From: Nanobdellota archaeon
GTDB taxonomy: Archaea; Nanobdellota; Nanobdellia; Pacearchaeales; GW2011-AR1
Reading direction: 5' to 3'
Length of the DNA: 64,000 nucleotides
Assembly: GCA_038045705.1 (NCBI GenBank)
Contig: JBBSXO010000002.1
Location: forward strand, 11,091 to 75,090
Shown here: piece by piece, positions 47,932 through 56,839 of the stretch
How positions within the stretch are numbered: position 1 is the first letter of the stretch
Layout of the letters: each line of letters begins with the position of its first letter
Translations under genes and position numbers: made by a program
Notes under the pieces: generated by a model
Told to the model about the DNA's origin: nothing
Database searches by the model: none
The model's input: only the letters and a program-made list of their open reading frames with translations

Positions 47932-49752
47932 TCACAGTAAAATCTCAAAATCTCCAAGTTCTTTACTTAAGGCAGAAAGTACAGAAGAAGAAATTTTAAC
48001 CTGAGTTTTATCATTCTTATGAGTTACTAAGGCTTTCTCCAAAGCAATACTATCGCTCAACTTGAAAGAATTACCGACTATCTGCATCACACGACCAGAT
48101 TCAATAAAGAAATTTCCAGAACCAGTCAAAACAAGTTCTCCTTTTTTATCTCCAAAGACAACTTCAACAACTTCTTTTTCCTCAAGAAGCAAATCAGCTC
48201 TCTGTGTATAATCAAGCAATTCTTTAATCAATTCAATTGCATCTCTACGAAGAGCACCCATTTCCAAAGAAGTAATTTTTCCAGATTTAACCCTAGATTT
48301 CATAGCAACAATTTCTTTCAAAGGCTTGGCAAATCTAGGTTGCAATTTACCCTTGGCAATCAGTTCATTATTTACATCCTTAACAAGAGCATCAACACTC
48401 TTATCACCAAATATTTTCTTAAGTAAATCAAAAACCTCTTTATAGCTACGATCAGCATCATGAACAATCAATCTAGCTTCTAGTTTTTTCCTTATTTCTT
48501 GAAGTTTCTTATCATATTTTTTAGACTCTTCAAGTAGCTCATCAACTTCTTTTCCAGGAATAGTTTTCAAAGTTCCATGTTCATAATCTTTATACAATTT
48601 AATAACTCTTTCAAGGAACTTCAATTCATTTACAGACATTATTTTTTCCGTATCGACTAAAACTTTCTTAACATCTGCAACCATATGTTTTGGAGCAGGA
48701 GGAGCATGACCTGCAAGCATCACAAGAGCTTGCGTAGGAGTTACGACTCCCCAATAAATATCAACCATCGCATCAATTAATCTTCTAGTGACAAGAGACT
48801 CATTTTGCTCTCCATATTTCATAAATTTATCGACCGCCTCAGGAGATGGCTTAACTTTACCCATCTGGAGTAATAATTTCCAAGGCAAGAATGTACCCCT
48901 GTCATACATTGGTACACCATCACGAATAAAGGTAAACATTACAGGATTTGCATCTTTAACATTATCCCAGAAATCAGTCAACAAATAGACTTGAACATTT
49001 AAAACATTTTTAGTTCCAGATAAAGCAGTTGCTTCACGAATATAATCATGAATCATTCCCCTAAGTTTTTCAAGCAACTGTAACCGAGGCATTCTTTTTA
49101 CATCAGTATCATCAATAATAACAAAAGTATCTACATCACTTGTTTTATCAGCAGTACCTCTAACAAGACTCCCACCAACAACATAACTAGCAACATATTT
49201 TTCAAACTTACGTAAAACCAAAGTCTTATGGATATTAGCAAGTCTCATTGAACCAAGCAAACCTTTATCATGCAATGGGAAACTGGAAGCAATAGCATCA
49301 ACAAATTCAAATTTGCTATCTAAACCATAATTCCACAAATCAACTTCAGTTTTTATGTGAACCCATAACTCTTGTTTTGATTCCTTAACCAACTTCAAAA
49401 TCTCAGGTTTAATCTTCTTAGGAATATTCTTAAATTCATCTTCGGGAATAAGCATAACCATGTGAATAGGCTTTTTAGCAATTTCTTCAGGAAGCAAACC
49501 TTCATCTTCTTCAAACAACTTGAAAGCAGGCGCAGGCAAGATACTCAAAAAAGTAGTAAATGGAAACTTCTTAACTAATTTTTTCTTAAAATCCTCAAAA
49601 CTTTCCTTGAGTTTCTCATTCTTAGCTAAATTCTCATCAGAAATTTGAGGCATAGAACCAGGAATATTCCCAGGTGGAACATAAGTATTAGTAGAAGACA
49701 TAGCATCACTCAGGCCATGAGATTTCTTTTCCTGCATATCAACAAAAAGCAT
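47932..49752 (-). CDS. large nucleotidyltransferase-domain protein (606 aa)
   Basis: NTase motif VVGGSLVRGTADKTSDVDTFVIIDD. The following region is co-linear with the 40931-41770 protein (DFWDNV..ANPVMFTFIRDGVPMYDRG...KPSPEAV versus TWWRDL..GDPVVLNIVRQGQVLIDIG...HSTPEAV). Confidence 0.6.
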   Translation of the reverse strand: MLFVDMQEKKSHGLSDAMSSTNTYVPPGNIPGSMPQISDENLAKNEKLKESFEDFKKKLVKKFPFTTFLSILPAPAFKLFEEDEGLLPEEIAKKPIHMVMLIPEDEFKNIPKKIKPEILKLVKESKQELWVHIKTEVDLWNYGLDSKFEFVDAIASSFPLHDKGLLGSMRLANIHKTLVLRKFEKYVASYVVGGSLVRGTADKTSDVDTFVIIDDTDVKRMPRLQLLEKLRGMIHDYIREATALSGTKNVLNVQVYLLTDFWDNVKDANPVMFTFIRDGVPMYDRGTFLPWKLLLQMGKVKPSPEAVDKFMKYGEQNESLVTRRLIDAMVDIYWGVVTPTQALVMLAGHAPPAPKHMVADVKKVLVDTEKIMSVNELKFLERVIKLYKDYEHGTLKTIPGKEVDELLEESKKYDKKLQEIRKKLEARLIVHDADRSYKEVFDLLKKIFGDKSVDALVKDVNNELIAKGKLQPRFAKPLKEIVAMKSRVKSGKITSLEMGALRRDAIELIKELLDYTQRADLLLEEKEVVEVVFGDKKGELVLTGSGNFFIESGRVMQIVGNSFKLSDSIALEKALVTHKNDKTQVKISSSVLSALSKELGDFEILL

Positions 49753-49822
49753 TAATGCTATTTAAGGCTTACCAAAAGCGTTAATAAAGCTTAATCTCTT
49801 TAATAAAAAGGAAAAAGAAAAG

Positions 49823-50365
49823 ATGCCACAAGCAGTTACACACGTTTTAATACCTATAATTTTATTATCAATATTTAGACACATCTATCAAAAAAGAACT
49901 AATAAAAAATTCCCATTACAATACGTCTTAATAGGAGGTCTAGCAGGAGTAATTCCAGATTTAGATATTCCTTTATTCTGGATAATGCATTACTTCGGCT
50001 ACAGCCTAGAACAAATCCATCGAACTTTTTTACACACAATTTTCATCCCGCTAATTTTTTTAGCACTGGCATTTATATCAAAATATACAATAAAAAAGAA
50101 AATTGGCAGAAATAAACTTTCAATTCCAGTGATCTTAATTTTATTTGCATTTGGCAGCACAATACACCTTATCCTAGACTCAACTTTGGCAGGATATATA
50201 ACTCCATTATATCCATTTTCAGAAACAAAGTTTGGAACAGGTTTTCCATTCAGCATCTTACCCGAACATCTAGCAATATTTTTCTTAGCAACTTTAGATG
50301 GAGTTCTATTTATATTATGGATTTTATATCTAGAAATAAAACACAAAATATCGGATTTTATATGA
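49823..50365 (+). CDS. membrane-bound metal-dependent hydrolase-like protein (YdjM/DUF457-like)
   Basis: 180 aa, multi-TM, with a conserved-looking N-terminal His (AVTHVLIP) and His residues in loops. Confidence 0.5.
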   Translation: MPQAVTHVLIPIILLSIFRHIYQKRTNKKFPLQYVLIGGLAGVIPDLDIPLFWIMHYFGYSLEQIHRTFLHTIFIPLIFLALAFISKYTIKKKIGRNKLSIPVILILFAFGSTIHLILDSTLAGYITPLYPFSETKFGTGFPFSILPEHLAIFFLATLDGVLFILWILYLEIKHKISDFI

Positions 50366-50781
50366 ATATATTATTTCTATGCAAAGCAAATATGTTCAGA
50401 AGCCAAATGGCAGAAGCATGGTGCAACCTTCTGTCTAAAAACAAAGTAAAAAGTGCAGCATTAATAGCACATGAAGGGAAATTATCTTGGTTAGTTATAG
50501 ATTCTAGTAAAGAATTTGGATTAGATCTATCAAATCATATATCTAAAGACGTAACCAAATCAATGATTCAAAAAGCAGATCTTATCATAATTATGAACAA
50601 AAATTTACGTGAACATTTTGAGAAATATAAAAAGTTGCTAAAGAAAAATGCTTTAGTTGAAATGTGGGAAATTCAAGATATAGTAGCAAAAGATACAGAC
50701 AATGATATTTATCCTGAATTTGTTAAAACTTGTAAAATTATAGGGGAAAAAGTAAAATCTTTAGTTAAAAGATATGGATGA
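50362..50781 (+). CDS. low-molecular-weight phosphotyrosine phosphatase / ArsC-type protein
   Basis: MNILFLCKANMFRSQMAE is the CX5R(S) P-loop at the N-terminus. The ATG at 50362 overlaps the upstream stop (ATGA). Confidence 0.75.
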   Translation: MNILFLCKANMFRSQMAEAWCNLLSKNKVKSAALIAHEGKLSWLVIDSSKEFGLDLSNHISKDVTKSMIQKADLIIIMNKNLREHFEKYKKLLKKNALVEMWEIQDIVAKDTDNDIYPEFVKTCKIIGEKVKSLVKRYG

Positions 50782-50913
50782 AGAAATAGACTCTAATTAT
50801 GTTTGTGAAGCTCGTGGTTATCAATCACTAAATTCTTCTATTGCTTTTATACTATCCAAAATTACTTGGTGTAAATAATATTGTCTTAAAGGTTAAATTC
50901 TTTGTTATATGAA

Positions 50914-51180
50914 TTACATTGCTCTCAATTTATCTTTGTATTCATGAAAAGAAATTTCAGCTGGTCTTATATCTAGTACTTCTTTAAGTCTTGAAGCAAT
51001 ACACCCAAGCTGAGAACCTGCTTCAAAAGGACCCTCTACAAGCCCTAATCTAACAGCTTCTTTTAAATCTTGAAAACTCTTTCCTTCTTTGTAACCTGCA
51101 ACCTTCTCTAGACTGTTTGCATCTATTCCTTCAAAAAAAATCCTCTCGACAAGAGCAACGTAATATCGATGATTCTCCAT
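50914..51180 (-). CDS. hypothetical protein
   Basis: 88 aa ORF with no motif. Confidence 0.35.
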   Translation of the reverse strand: MENHRYYVALVERIFFEGIDANSLEKVAGYKEGKSFQDLKEAVRLGLVEGPFEAGSQLGCIASRLKEVLDIRPAEISFHEYKDKLRAM

Positions 51181-51241
51181 TGATGTTTATTTAATTAATA
51201 TGTTTTTAATAATTTGTGTAATCTGACTGTATATTACTATA

Positions 51242-51277
51242 TGGCCCGTGGAAGAATCGGACTTCCGCCTTCTCGGT
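51242..51277 (-). other. tRNA 3'-half-like fragment (anticodon-stem 3' strand, variable loop, T arm, acceptor 3' strand)
   Basis: The minus strand reads CCGAG-AAGGC-GGAAG-TCCGATT-CTTCC-ACGGGCC-A. The T loop departs from canonical at position 55 (C instead of T). No matching 5' half (GGCCCGT...) was found in the window. It lies directly 3' of the intron-containing tRNA at 51299-51399. Confidence 0.4.
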
Positions 51278-51298
51278 GTATAAATGCTCTTCTTATAA

Positions 51299-51399
51299 TG
51301 GCCCCACGCAGACTCGAACTGCGAATTACTCGGCTTTTAGTGTCTTCATTTCTTCCAACAGATGTAAACGAGTCGTTTGAACCCTTAGACTATGGGGCC
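51299..51399 (-). tRNA. intron-containing tRNA, most likely tRNA-Val (anticodon UAC), with a 29-nt intron at 37/38
   Basis: Hand fold: acceptor GGCCCCA/TGGGGCC plus A, D arm GTCT..AAAC (one mismatch), anticodon stem ACTCG/CGAGT, loop TTTACA|intron|C, T arm CGCAG-TTCGAGT-CTGCG. The 101 nt minus 29 nt gives a 72-nt mature tRNA. Confidence 0.7.
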
Positions 51400-51403
51400 A
51401 TAC

Positions 51404-52351
51404 TTACGATTTTATTTTACTTATTATAAACGTTTCTACCTGTTCTTTTTTTGGTACTTTTCCAGTTCTTAGAAACTCTTTATATTTGTAATTATTCTTA
51501 AAATTTGAGAATCCTATTTTATCATAAAAATCTTTTACTTTCTCTTTTGTATAAATCATAATTCCTTTGTTGTATACTCCATGCTTTATTTCTAACATCT
51601 TTAACCCTTGACTTACAGAATCTATTAAAGACTTTATTGTAATGGATAAATGAATCATTATTTTTGAATTTGGGTGTGAAGATAAACTTCCATCTGTATC
51701 CATTAATCCCCTTATACAAGACGCCACGGCTTCTTTATTAGCCATAATATAACCAGGAATTACTGGATTTGAGCCATATTTTACTCCTATTGGAAATCCG
51801 CATTTGTTTAGATATTCTGCTACTTTCTTACTATAAATTAAGCACCTTATCACCCTTTCTCTTTTATTAGTATAAATTTTTGGATAAAATCCAAAGAGAT
51901 TATTAATTAGATTATTCAAAAAATTGTTATAATAAAAATAGTCCACTATTTTATCTCCTGTAATAGATGTAGCTTTTTTATCTGAAAATATGCACCCATC
52001 TCCTAATAATACTCCATACAATTCTGCAAAATGAGGATTTTCTTTATCTGGAAAAGTTACTTCTTTTATTTGTAACTTCTGACCCCAGAAAGGTTCAGTT
52101 CTTTTAATATCTAATTTAGTAATATCAACATCTGCTAATTTTATTAATTTATTAAACTTTGATGATGCAATTGTTCTATTAGGTATTAACCAATCATGAA
52201 TTACTGCTTGCAGGTTAATTTCTAGTTTAGAGGCTAGTTGCTTCCAAGTTAGATTATTCTTTATCTTAGCTGAATTAAGAATTTCTTTTAAAGATCTCTT
52301 ATCTAATAGTATTCTTTCTTCTATAAACCTACCGTCAGTTGTTCTTTTCAT
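51404..52351 (-). CDS. free-standing LAGLIDADG-type homing endonuclease-like protein with an N-terminal HTH region
   Basis: Two LAGLIDADG motifs (LYGVLLGDGCI and IRGLMDTDGSL) about 100 aa apart. The gene is not inside an intron or intein and lies between two intron-containing tRNA genes. Confidence 0.8.
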   Translation of the reverse strand: MKRTTDGRFIEERILLDKRSLKEILNSAKIKNNLTWKQLASKLEINLQAVIHDWLIPNRTIASSKFNKLIKLADVDITKLDIKRTEPFWGQKLQIKEVTFPDKENPHFAELYGVLLGDGCIFSDKKATSITGDKIVDYFYYNNFLNNLINNLFGFYPKIYTNKRERVIRCLIYSKKVAEYLNKCGFPIGVKYGSNPVIPGYIMANKEAVASCIRGLMDTDGSLSSHPNSKIMIHLSITIKSLIDSVSQGLKMLEIKHGVYNKGIMIYTKEKVKDFYDKIGFSNFKNNYKYKEFLRTGKVPKKEQVETFIISKIKS

Positions 52352-52453
52352 TTCTTTTAATAATGCTCTTTTATTTATATTTATTCATACTACTAGACTA
52401 ATATTATGATTAGAATAAAGCTTTATAAAACCTTTCTGTCCACTAACAAATAA

Positions 52454-52557
52454 GCGCGGGTAGTATAGTGGTTAGTATACGACGTTGCCACTTTTTCCCT
52501 TTAGTAAGAAGAGAAAGCAAAGACGTTGTGGCCCGGGTTCAATTCCCGGCCCGCGCA
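52454..52557 (+). tRNA. tRNA-Gly (anticodon GCC) with a 32-nt intron at the canonical 37/38 position
   Basis: Exon 1 is exactly 37 nt (GCGCGGG TA GTAT AGTGGTTA GTAT A CGACG TTGCCA). The intron is CTTTTTCCCTTTAGTAAGAAGAGAAAGCAAAG. Exon 2 is A CGTTG TGGC CCGGG TTCAATT CCCGG CCCGCGC A. Conserved T8, A14, G18G19, A21 and T33 are all in place. Confidence 0.85.
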
Positions 52558-52561
52558 TACC
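52547..52561 (+). repeat. att-like core, copy 1 (3' end of tRNA-Gly): CGGCCCGCGCATACC
   Basis: An identical 15-mer recurs at 54018-54032 and its first 12 nt at 58854-58865, all in the same orientation. Confidence 0.8.
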
Positions 52562-52637
52562 TCCATCATGGCTCCTTTCATGTGAACTCGCCTTATTGTC
52601 CGAACCTTTCATTAAAAAAAATATAAACTCTTTTAAT

Positions 52638-53378
52638 CTAAACTTCTTTAGAAAGATTCCATAGAAAGTCAAATTGCTTTCTAAAAGTATTAAACACTTC
52701 TTCATTCTTGATTACCACCCCAAGAGGCTCTCCTGAATAGACTATTATAGCAACTTGATCCTCAAACAGCATAATCTCAGTTACCTGAATTAATTGTCGA
52801 GGCAGTTTCTTACGTTCGCTAAGAGCTTTAGTTATTCCAACTGTATTCTTAAAATCTGCATTAAAAAGGAGATGTTCTTTTATTTTACGATTTTTTCTTA
52901 ACTGATTAAAATGCGTCCAGTAGGTTTCGCCTAATATTTCTACAGAAGCGTTACTTACTCCAATTATCCAAAACTCTTTACTGGATAACATATCTTGCAA
53001 TATTTTCTTTACGCCTTGAATTCCTCTAAATAAGAATGTTTCCTGTTCAGTCTTACTAGTTGAAAGTATTGAATTGATCTCTGGGATAAGATTTGTTGCA
53101 GATTTTATTTCTTCTTCTAGATTCTTCTTTTTTGTTTCCAAAAAATCAATAATGCTTTCTGGTTTCTCGGCAATGAATTTTCTCTTTGTTCCTTCAACCA
53201 CATAAGAAACAAGCCCTTTATCAATCAGTTTTTCAAGATTATCATATATTATATTTCTATGAACCCCTACAGACTTTACTAATTCGGAAGCTGTAGCTTG
53301 TCCTTTCTTAAGTAGGCCAAAATACACCTTGGCTTCATTTTTATTCAACCCTAGTTTCTCTAAATCTGCAATGTGCAT
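52638..53378 (-). CDS. TrmB-family transcriptional regulator
   Basis: N-terminal wHTH LEKLGLNKNEAKVYFGLLKKGQATASELVKSVGVHRNIIYDNLEKLIDKGLV plus a TrmB-type C-terminal domain. A paralog lies at 54685-55422. Confidence 0.8.
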   Translation of the reverse strand: MHIADLEKLGLNKNEAKVYFGLLKKGQATASELVKSVGVHRNIIYDNLEKLIDKGLVSYVVEGTKRKFIAEKPESIIDFLETKKKNLEEEIKSATNLIPEINSILSTSKTEQETFLFRGIQGVKKILQDMLSSKEFWIIGVSNASVEILGETYWTHFNQLRKNRKIKEHLLFNADFKNTVGITKALSERKKLPRQLIQVTEIMLFEDQVAIIVYSGEPLGVVIKNEEVFNTFRKQFDFLWNLSKEV

Positions 53379-53490
53379 ATCTTTAGATTAATTATTTCTA
53401 TTTAAATCTATCTTATGCTGTCACAACTTATTGCAACATTCTATTAAATAGCCTTGTTTTTCAAACTACTTTATAGGGATAATAAGAACA

Positions 53491-53985
53491 ATGGAAAACA
53501 AAGATAACTCGGAATTTGAATTTGGAGAAAGCAAACATAGATGGAATGATTGGTTTCCATTAGCTAGCGAACTTCATTCGACCTTTGTTCATTTTAAAGG
53601 CCATTCTTTGGTAGTAGGGGAAGCAAAAGATTTGATTAGAAAATGGATTTCAGAACCACGATATTCAGAAAGTAGAACACCACTTTGGAGTATAATCACA
53701 AGATCTTATTTGAGAGATTATGGAATTGACTTGCAAACAATAACAAAAGTTGATTTTGAAAATAAACTTGGAGATTTAGTTAGAAGAGGTCTGAAGTTTG
53801 AAGTTGTTAAAAGTCTAGATGATTTAGCTGTTGAGGTAAATAGATCTACAAAAGATGCAGTAGATGGAAAAGGACCATTTGAGTGGAGAAAATATGCTGA
53901 AGCTTGTAAGATAGCAGGACACTTAATATATGGACCTAATGCAGAAGTATTTGCAGATAAGATAGTAATTCCTGAACAGTTTTAG
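53491..53985 (+). CDS. hypothetical protein
   Basis: 164 aa, divergent from the TrmB-like gene. Its composition (W, R, G, H-rich) is atypical for this genome. Confidence 0.45.
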   Translation: MENKDNSEFEFGESKHRWNDWFPLASELHSTFVHFKGHSLVVGEAKDLIRKWISEPRYSESRTPLWSIITRSYLRDYGIDLQTITKVDFENKLGDLVRRGLKFEVVKSLDDLAVEVNRSTKDAVDGKGPFEWRKYAEACKIAGHLIYGPNAEVFADKIVIPEQF

Positions 53986-54017
53986 TTCCCATCAGGATGC
54001 GCGAAGTGTATTGAACA

Positions 54018-54032
54018 CGGCCCGCGCATACC
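54018..54032 (+). repeat. att-like core, copy 2: CGGCCCGCGCATACC, embedded in the alternating inverted repeats ATGCGCG...CGCGCAT...ATGCGC
   Basis: Exact 15-nt match to the tRNA-Gly 3' end, GC-rich in an AT-rich background. The neighbouring CATGCGCACCC (54049-54059) is the reverse complement of GGTGCGCATG seen at 60359 and 63280. Confidence 0.8.
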
Positions 54033-54072
54033 CCTCTTCGTATCCTTTCATGCGCACCCAATTAATCCACAG

Positions 54073-54630
54073 TTATTGCTCTGGAGAAACATAATGATTT
54101 GGGTGCACTGCTGGTAGTGTTTCAAGATGTGCTTTCTCATCTGCACTTAAACATGCGTATTGAGCAAAACGCTCGATATAACCTTCTCTTTTTGTCTCCA
54201 ATGTCAAAACACTTCTGCGTAATTTAGGGTAAGGTGGATCAGTAGAAATTAATTTCGCAATAGTTCTAAAACTCACTTTAAGAGCCATAGCTAATTCTCT
54301 ATTTCTTGGTCTTACCTGTTTAGCAAAATCCCTAATTGCTCCGAATACATCAAGATATTTATTTTGATCATATTTAAAGCCAGAACGTGTAATTTTACCT
54401 CTTAAAGCCCTTTCTCTATCAATCTGGCTGGCAGGTAAAATATGCGCTTCTCCATTTTGTAAAGAAGTTAAGATCTGTTCCAAATCCCCTACTAACATAT
54501 TTGCATCTCTACTTGACTTGGTACCCCTTATACGTTCCACTAAGGCTTCTGTTATTCTTTTTGGATAAAATTCAGAAACATATCTTAGATAGTGTTCTTT
54601 TGCATGTTCCCAAGCTTGATCGTTTGCCAT
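54073..54630 (-). CDS. hypothetical protein (possible HTH)
   Basis: 185 aa, divergent from the second TrmB-like gene. RNRELAMALKVSFRTIAKLIS looks HTH-like. Confidence 0.45.
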   Translation of the reverse strand: MANDQAWEHAKEHYLRYVSEFYPKRITEALVERIRGTKSSRDANMLVGDLEQILTSLQNGEAHILPASQIDRERALRGKITRSGFKYDQNKYLDVFGAIRDFAKQVRPRNRELAMALKVSFRTIAKLISTDPPYPKLRRSVLTLETKREGYIERFAQYACLSADEKAHLETLPAVHPNHYVSPEQ

Positions 54631-54684
54631 AGAAAAAAGTCAAAAGAAAGGTATATAAAGATAATGTGTAACTAATAGTTACCT

Positions 54685-55422
54685 ATGATTGAACCTACTC
54701 AACTACGTGCATTAGGTATCTCAGAAAATGAAGCAGTTATACTTGCAGAGATCATACAAAATTCTTCATGTACTGCAACAGAACTCATTGAATCGACAGG
54801 GATGAACCGTAAAGTAGTCTATGATGGACTTAAGAGACTTGCACATAAAGCTCTTATTAATTCATTAAAAAGTGGCAAGGAGCGTAAATACTCTTTTGGA
54901 GGAGAACCAAGTATAAGAGCACTTATAGAAAGAGAAAAACAATCTATGGAAATAAGAGCAAAAGAAATGCTTGCAATAACTCAGGCAATAAAAAAAATTC
55001 AAGTTGAAGAACCAGTAGAAGTAACTACCTTTAGTGGTACGCAAGGGGTGAGGGTTACCCTAAACAAGCTATTAGAATTAAACTCAGATTATGTTGCATT
55101 TGGTGGCCCATTAGAATCAGAAGCAATAATGACTGAAACTTTTTGGCTTAATTTTCAGCAAAAACAAAAAGATATGAATATTAAAATAAAATTGCTTTTC
55201 AATAATTCTCTAAAGAAATGGATTGGAAAAATAGATAACTCTAATATAAATATTAAATTTCTAAAGGAAGTCGAACCTTTAGCAGAAACAATTATATGTA
55301 AAGATCATGTATTCCTTATTATATGGACAGCAAACCCATCAGGAACAATTATAATAAATAAAGCTCTAGCAAAATCATATACTCAAATTTTTGATATGTT
55401 ATGGGAACGTGCTTCAAAATAA
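54685..55422 (+). CDS. TrmB-family transcriptional regulator (second copy)
   Basis: LRALGISENEAVILAEIIQNSSCTATELIESTGMNRKVVYDGLKRLAHKALI. The length matches the first copy (245 versus 246 aa), as does the C-terminal FDMLWE versus FDFLWN. Confidence 0.75.
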   Translation: MIEPTQLRALGISENEAVILAEIIQNSSCTATELIESTGMNRKVVYDGLKRLAHKALINSLKSGKERKYSFGGEPSIRALIEREKQSMEIRAKEMLAITQAIKKIQVEEPVEVTTFSGTQGVRVTLNKLLELNSDYVAFGGPLESEAIMTETFWLNFQQKQKDMNIKIKLLFNNSLKKWIGKIDNSNINIKFLKEVEPLAETIICKDHVFLIIWTANPSGTIIINKALAKSYTQIFDMLWERASK

Positions 55423-55456
55423 ATAGCTCACTTAAATTCAAACACGGACCCAAATT

Positions 55457-55467
55457 AGTAAGAGCCA
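55457..55467 (+). repeat. 11-nt direct repeat AGTAAGAGCCA (copy 1), second copy at 57836-57846
   Basis: Exact match read in both GC-rich spacers flanking the four-gene block 55663-57771. An 11-mer match alone can occur by chance in 64 kb. Confidence 0.4.
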
Positions 55468-55662
55468 TGGAGTTACAGAGAGCCTAATTTTGGGCTGTTT
55501 CTCCCGCGTACGTAACGAATTCTAAATTATTTAATTGTGGGCTACAACCCTTGCCGCACTCTGGGCTCACTTGGCATTTTCATGGGATTTATTTCTTTTC
55601 TCTTAATATTTTTATTATATTAGATACATAAAGATTAAATAGACTCAATTTTCATATTTTTT

Positions 55663-56139
55663 ATGAAAAAAGCAAGATTACAAATGGGAGATTTGCCTTA
55701 CCCTCAATATATGGGTGAAGCACCAGATACTACCAATGATGGAAACATTAGATGGATAGGTGTTAAAGCATATGGGCTATCGGGTAAAGTAGAAGACTTC
55801 TTGTGGTGGAGAAATTTCAAAGTAGGCAACCTAAATGATGAAAGAGCAAGACATGAAGCAGCAGCATTTATAGCAAGATTAAAAATTGGGATGAATACTG
55901 ATTCAGCTTTTGGCCGTGCCTTAGATCTAAGTAATTGTGATCAAGCTACTGGAAGGGTTGCCGCATCTAATGAGCGTGGATTATATGGAGTATATGTTGA
56001 AGCAGAAAAGAGACCATTATTTAATTTTATGACTATGATGAATGGTCTTGAAACTGAAGAAGCATTTAGAAGAAAAGACTCTAAGGAATTTGAGAGAATT
56101 TACTTACAAGCAAAAACAGTTCTCCCTTATAGTAAATAA
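55663..56139 (+). CDS. hypothetical protein
   Basis: 158 aa, convergent with the macro-domain operon. No motif. Confidence 0.45.
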   Translation: MKKARLQMGDLPYPQYMGEAPDTTNDGNIRWIGVKAYGLSGKVEDFLWWRNFKVGNLNDERARHEAAAFIARLKIGMNTDSAFGRALDLSNCDQATGRVAASNERGLYGVYVEAEKRPLFNFMTMMNGLETEEAFRRKDSKEFERIYLQAKTVLPYSK

Positions 56140-56154
56140 TTATAATTTTGCTAA

Positions 56155-56838
56155 TCACTTAGACTTTTTATATGGAAGCTTCTTTGGGCCTTTTGGTTCT
56201 GGTTGAGCTTTTGTAAAATCTGGAATAATGAAGACTTCTCCTCTAACTTGACTTTGATCAGTATAAGTTACATCTCTACCAGATACTACACTGGCAACCA
56301 AATTTAGTCTTCTATGGCCTAACTCTTTTCCTTCAACCCCAAAAACTTTGTCTCCTTCTGTTCCATGATATTCAACTGCAATTAATGTTCCAGGTAAAAA
56401 TGCCATAACACCATATGCTCCACCCTCTACTCCAACTTTTACATAGTCGGGAGTATTTTTATTTCCTCTTACAACTTGTAAATCTGTTACTTTTTTACCA
56501 TTTAGCATTCTCTCAGAAATCTCTCTAATTGGCGAACTACTATTGGTTCTGTGAACTTTTAATTTAGGATCTCTCTTAACTAAAGCGATTCCTAAACTGT
56601 CGCTTTCTTTTTGTTCAGTTCCAAAATAATGTCTTTCTTCCATCGAACCAATACATGTTCCTATGTAACCTGGTCTCTCAAACCTAAAAGTTAGTCTTGT
56701 TCCTTGACTTGTTTCAAAATTAGCCCAATGTTCTGTGTACCACGTTGGATGAAATGTTCTTACAGTTTCTTGTGTAACATCATGAGTAATTCTTTCTAAA
56801 TCGGATTTTTGAGCTAATCTATAATCTTCATTAGCCAT
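56155..56838 (-). CDS. hypothetical protein (third gene of the macro-domain operon)
   Basis: 227 aa. It starts 1 nt after the macro-domain gene stop. No motif recognised. Confidence 0.5.
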   Translation of the reverse strand: MANEDYRLAQKSDLERITHDVTQETVRTFHPTWYTEHWANFETSQGTRLTFRFERPGYIGTCIGSMEERHYFGTEQKESDSLGIALVKRDPKLKVHRTNSSSPIREISERMLNGKKVTDLQVVRGNKNTPDYVKVGVEGGAYGVMAFLPGTLIAVEYHGTEGDKVFGVEGKELGHRRLNLVASVVSGRDVTYTDQSQVRGEVFIIPDFTKAQPEPKGPKKLPYKKSK

Positions 56839-56839
56839 A

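Larger units (their letters stand above)
52558..54032. mobile_element. putative integrated element 1 (tRNA-Gly 3' end to the first direct repeat), carrying a TrmB-like regulator and one unknown gene
   Basis: It is bounded by the tRNA-Gly 3' end and a 15-nt direct copy of it. The flanks share further similarity (TCCTTTCATGYG). No integrase is present. Confidence 0.5.

Noticed and set aside
51214-51429. 71-aa plus-strand ORF
   Set aside because: It runs antisense across the tRNA 3'-half-like fragment and the intron-containing tRNA. The tRNA fold explains the sequence.
52472-52705. 77-aa minus-strand ORF across tRNA-Gly
   Set aside because: It is antisense to a well-folded tRNA. I considered that it and the short MKG... 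frames at 54056 (minus strand) and 63287 (plus strand) might be N-terminal remnants of an SSV-type partitioned integrase. The frames are only about 5-25 codons long and show no integrase motif.
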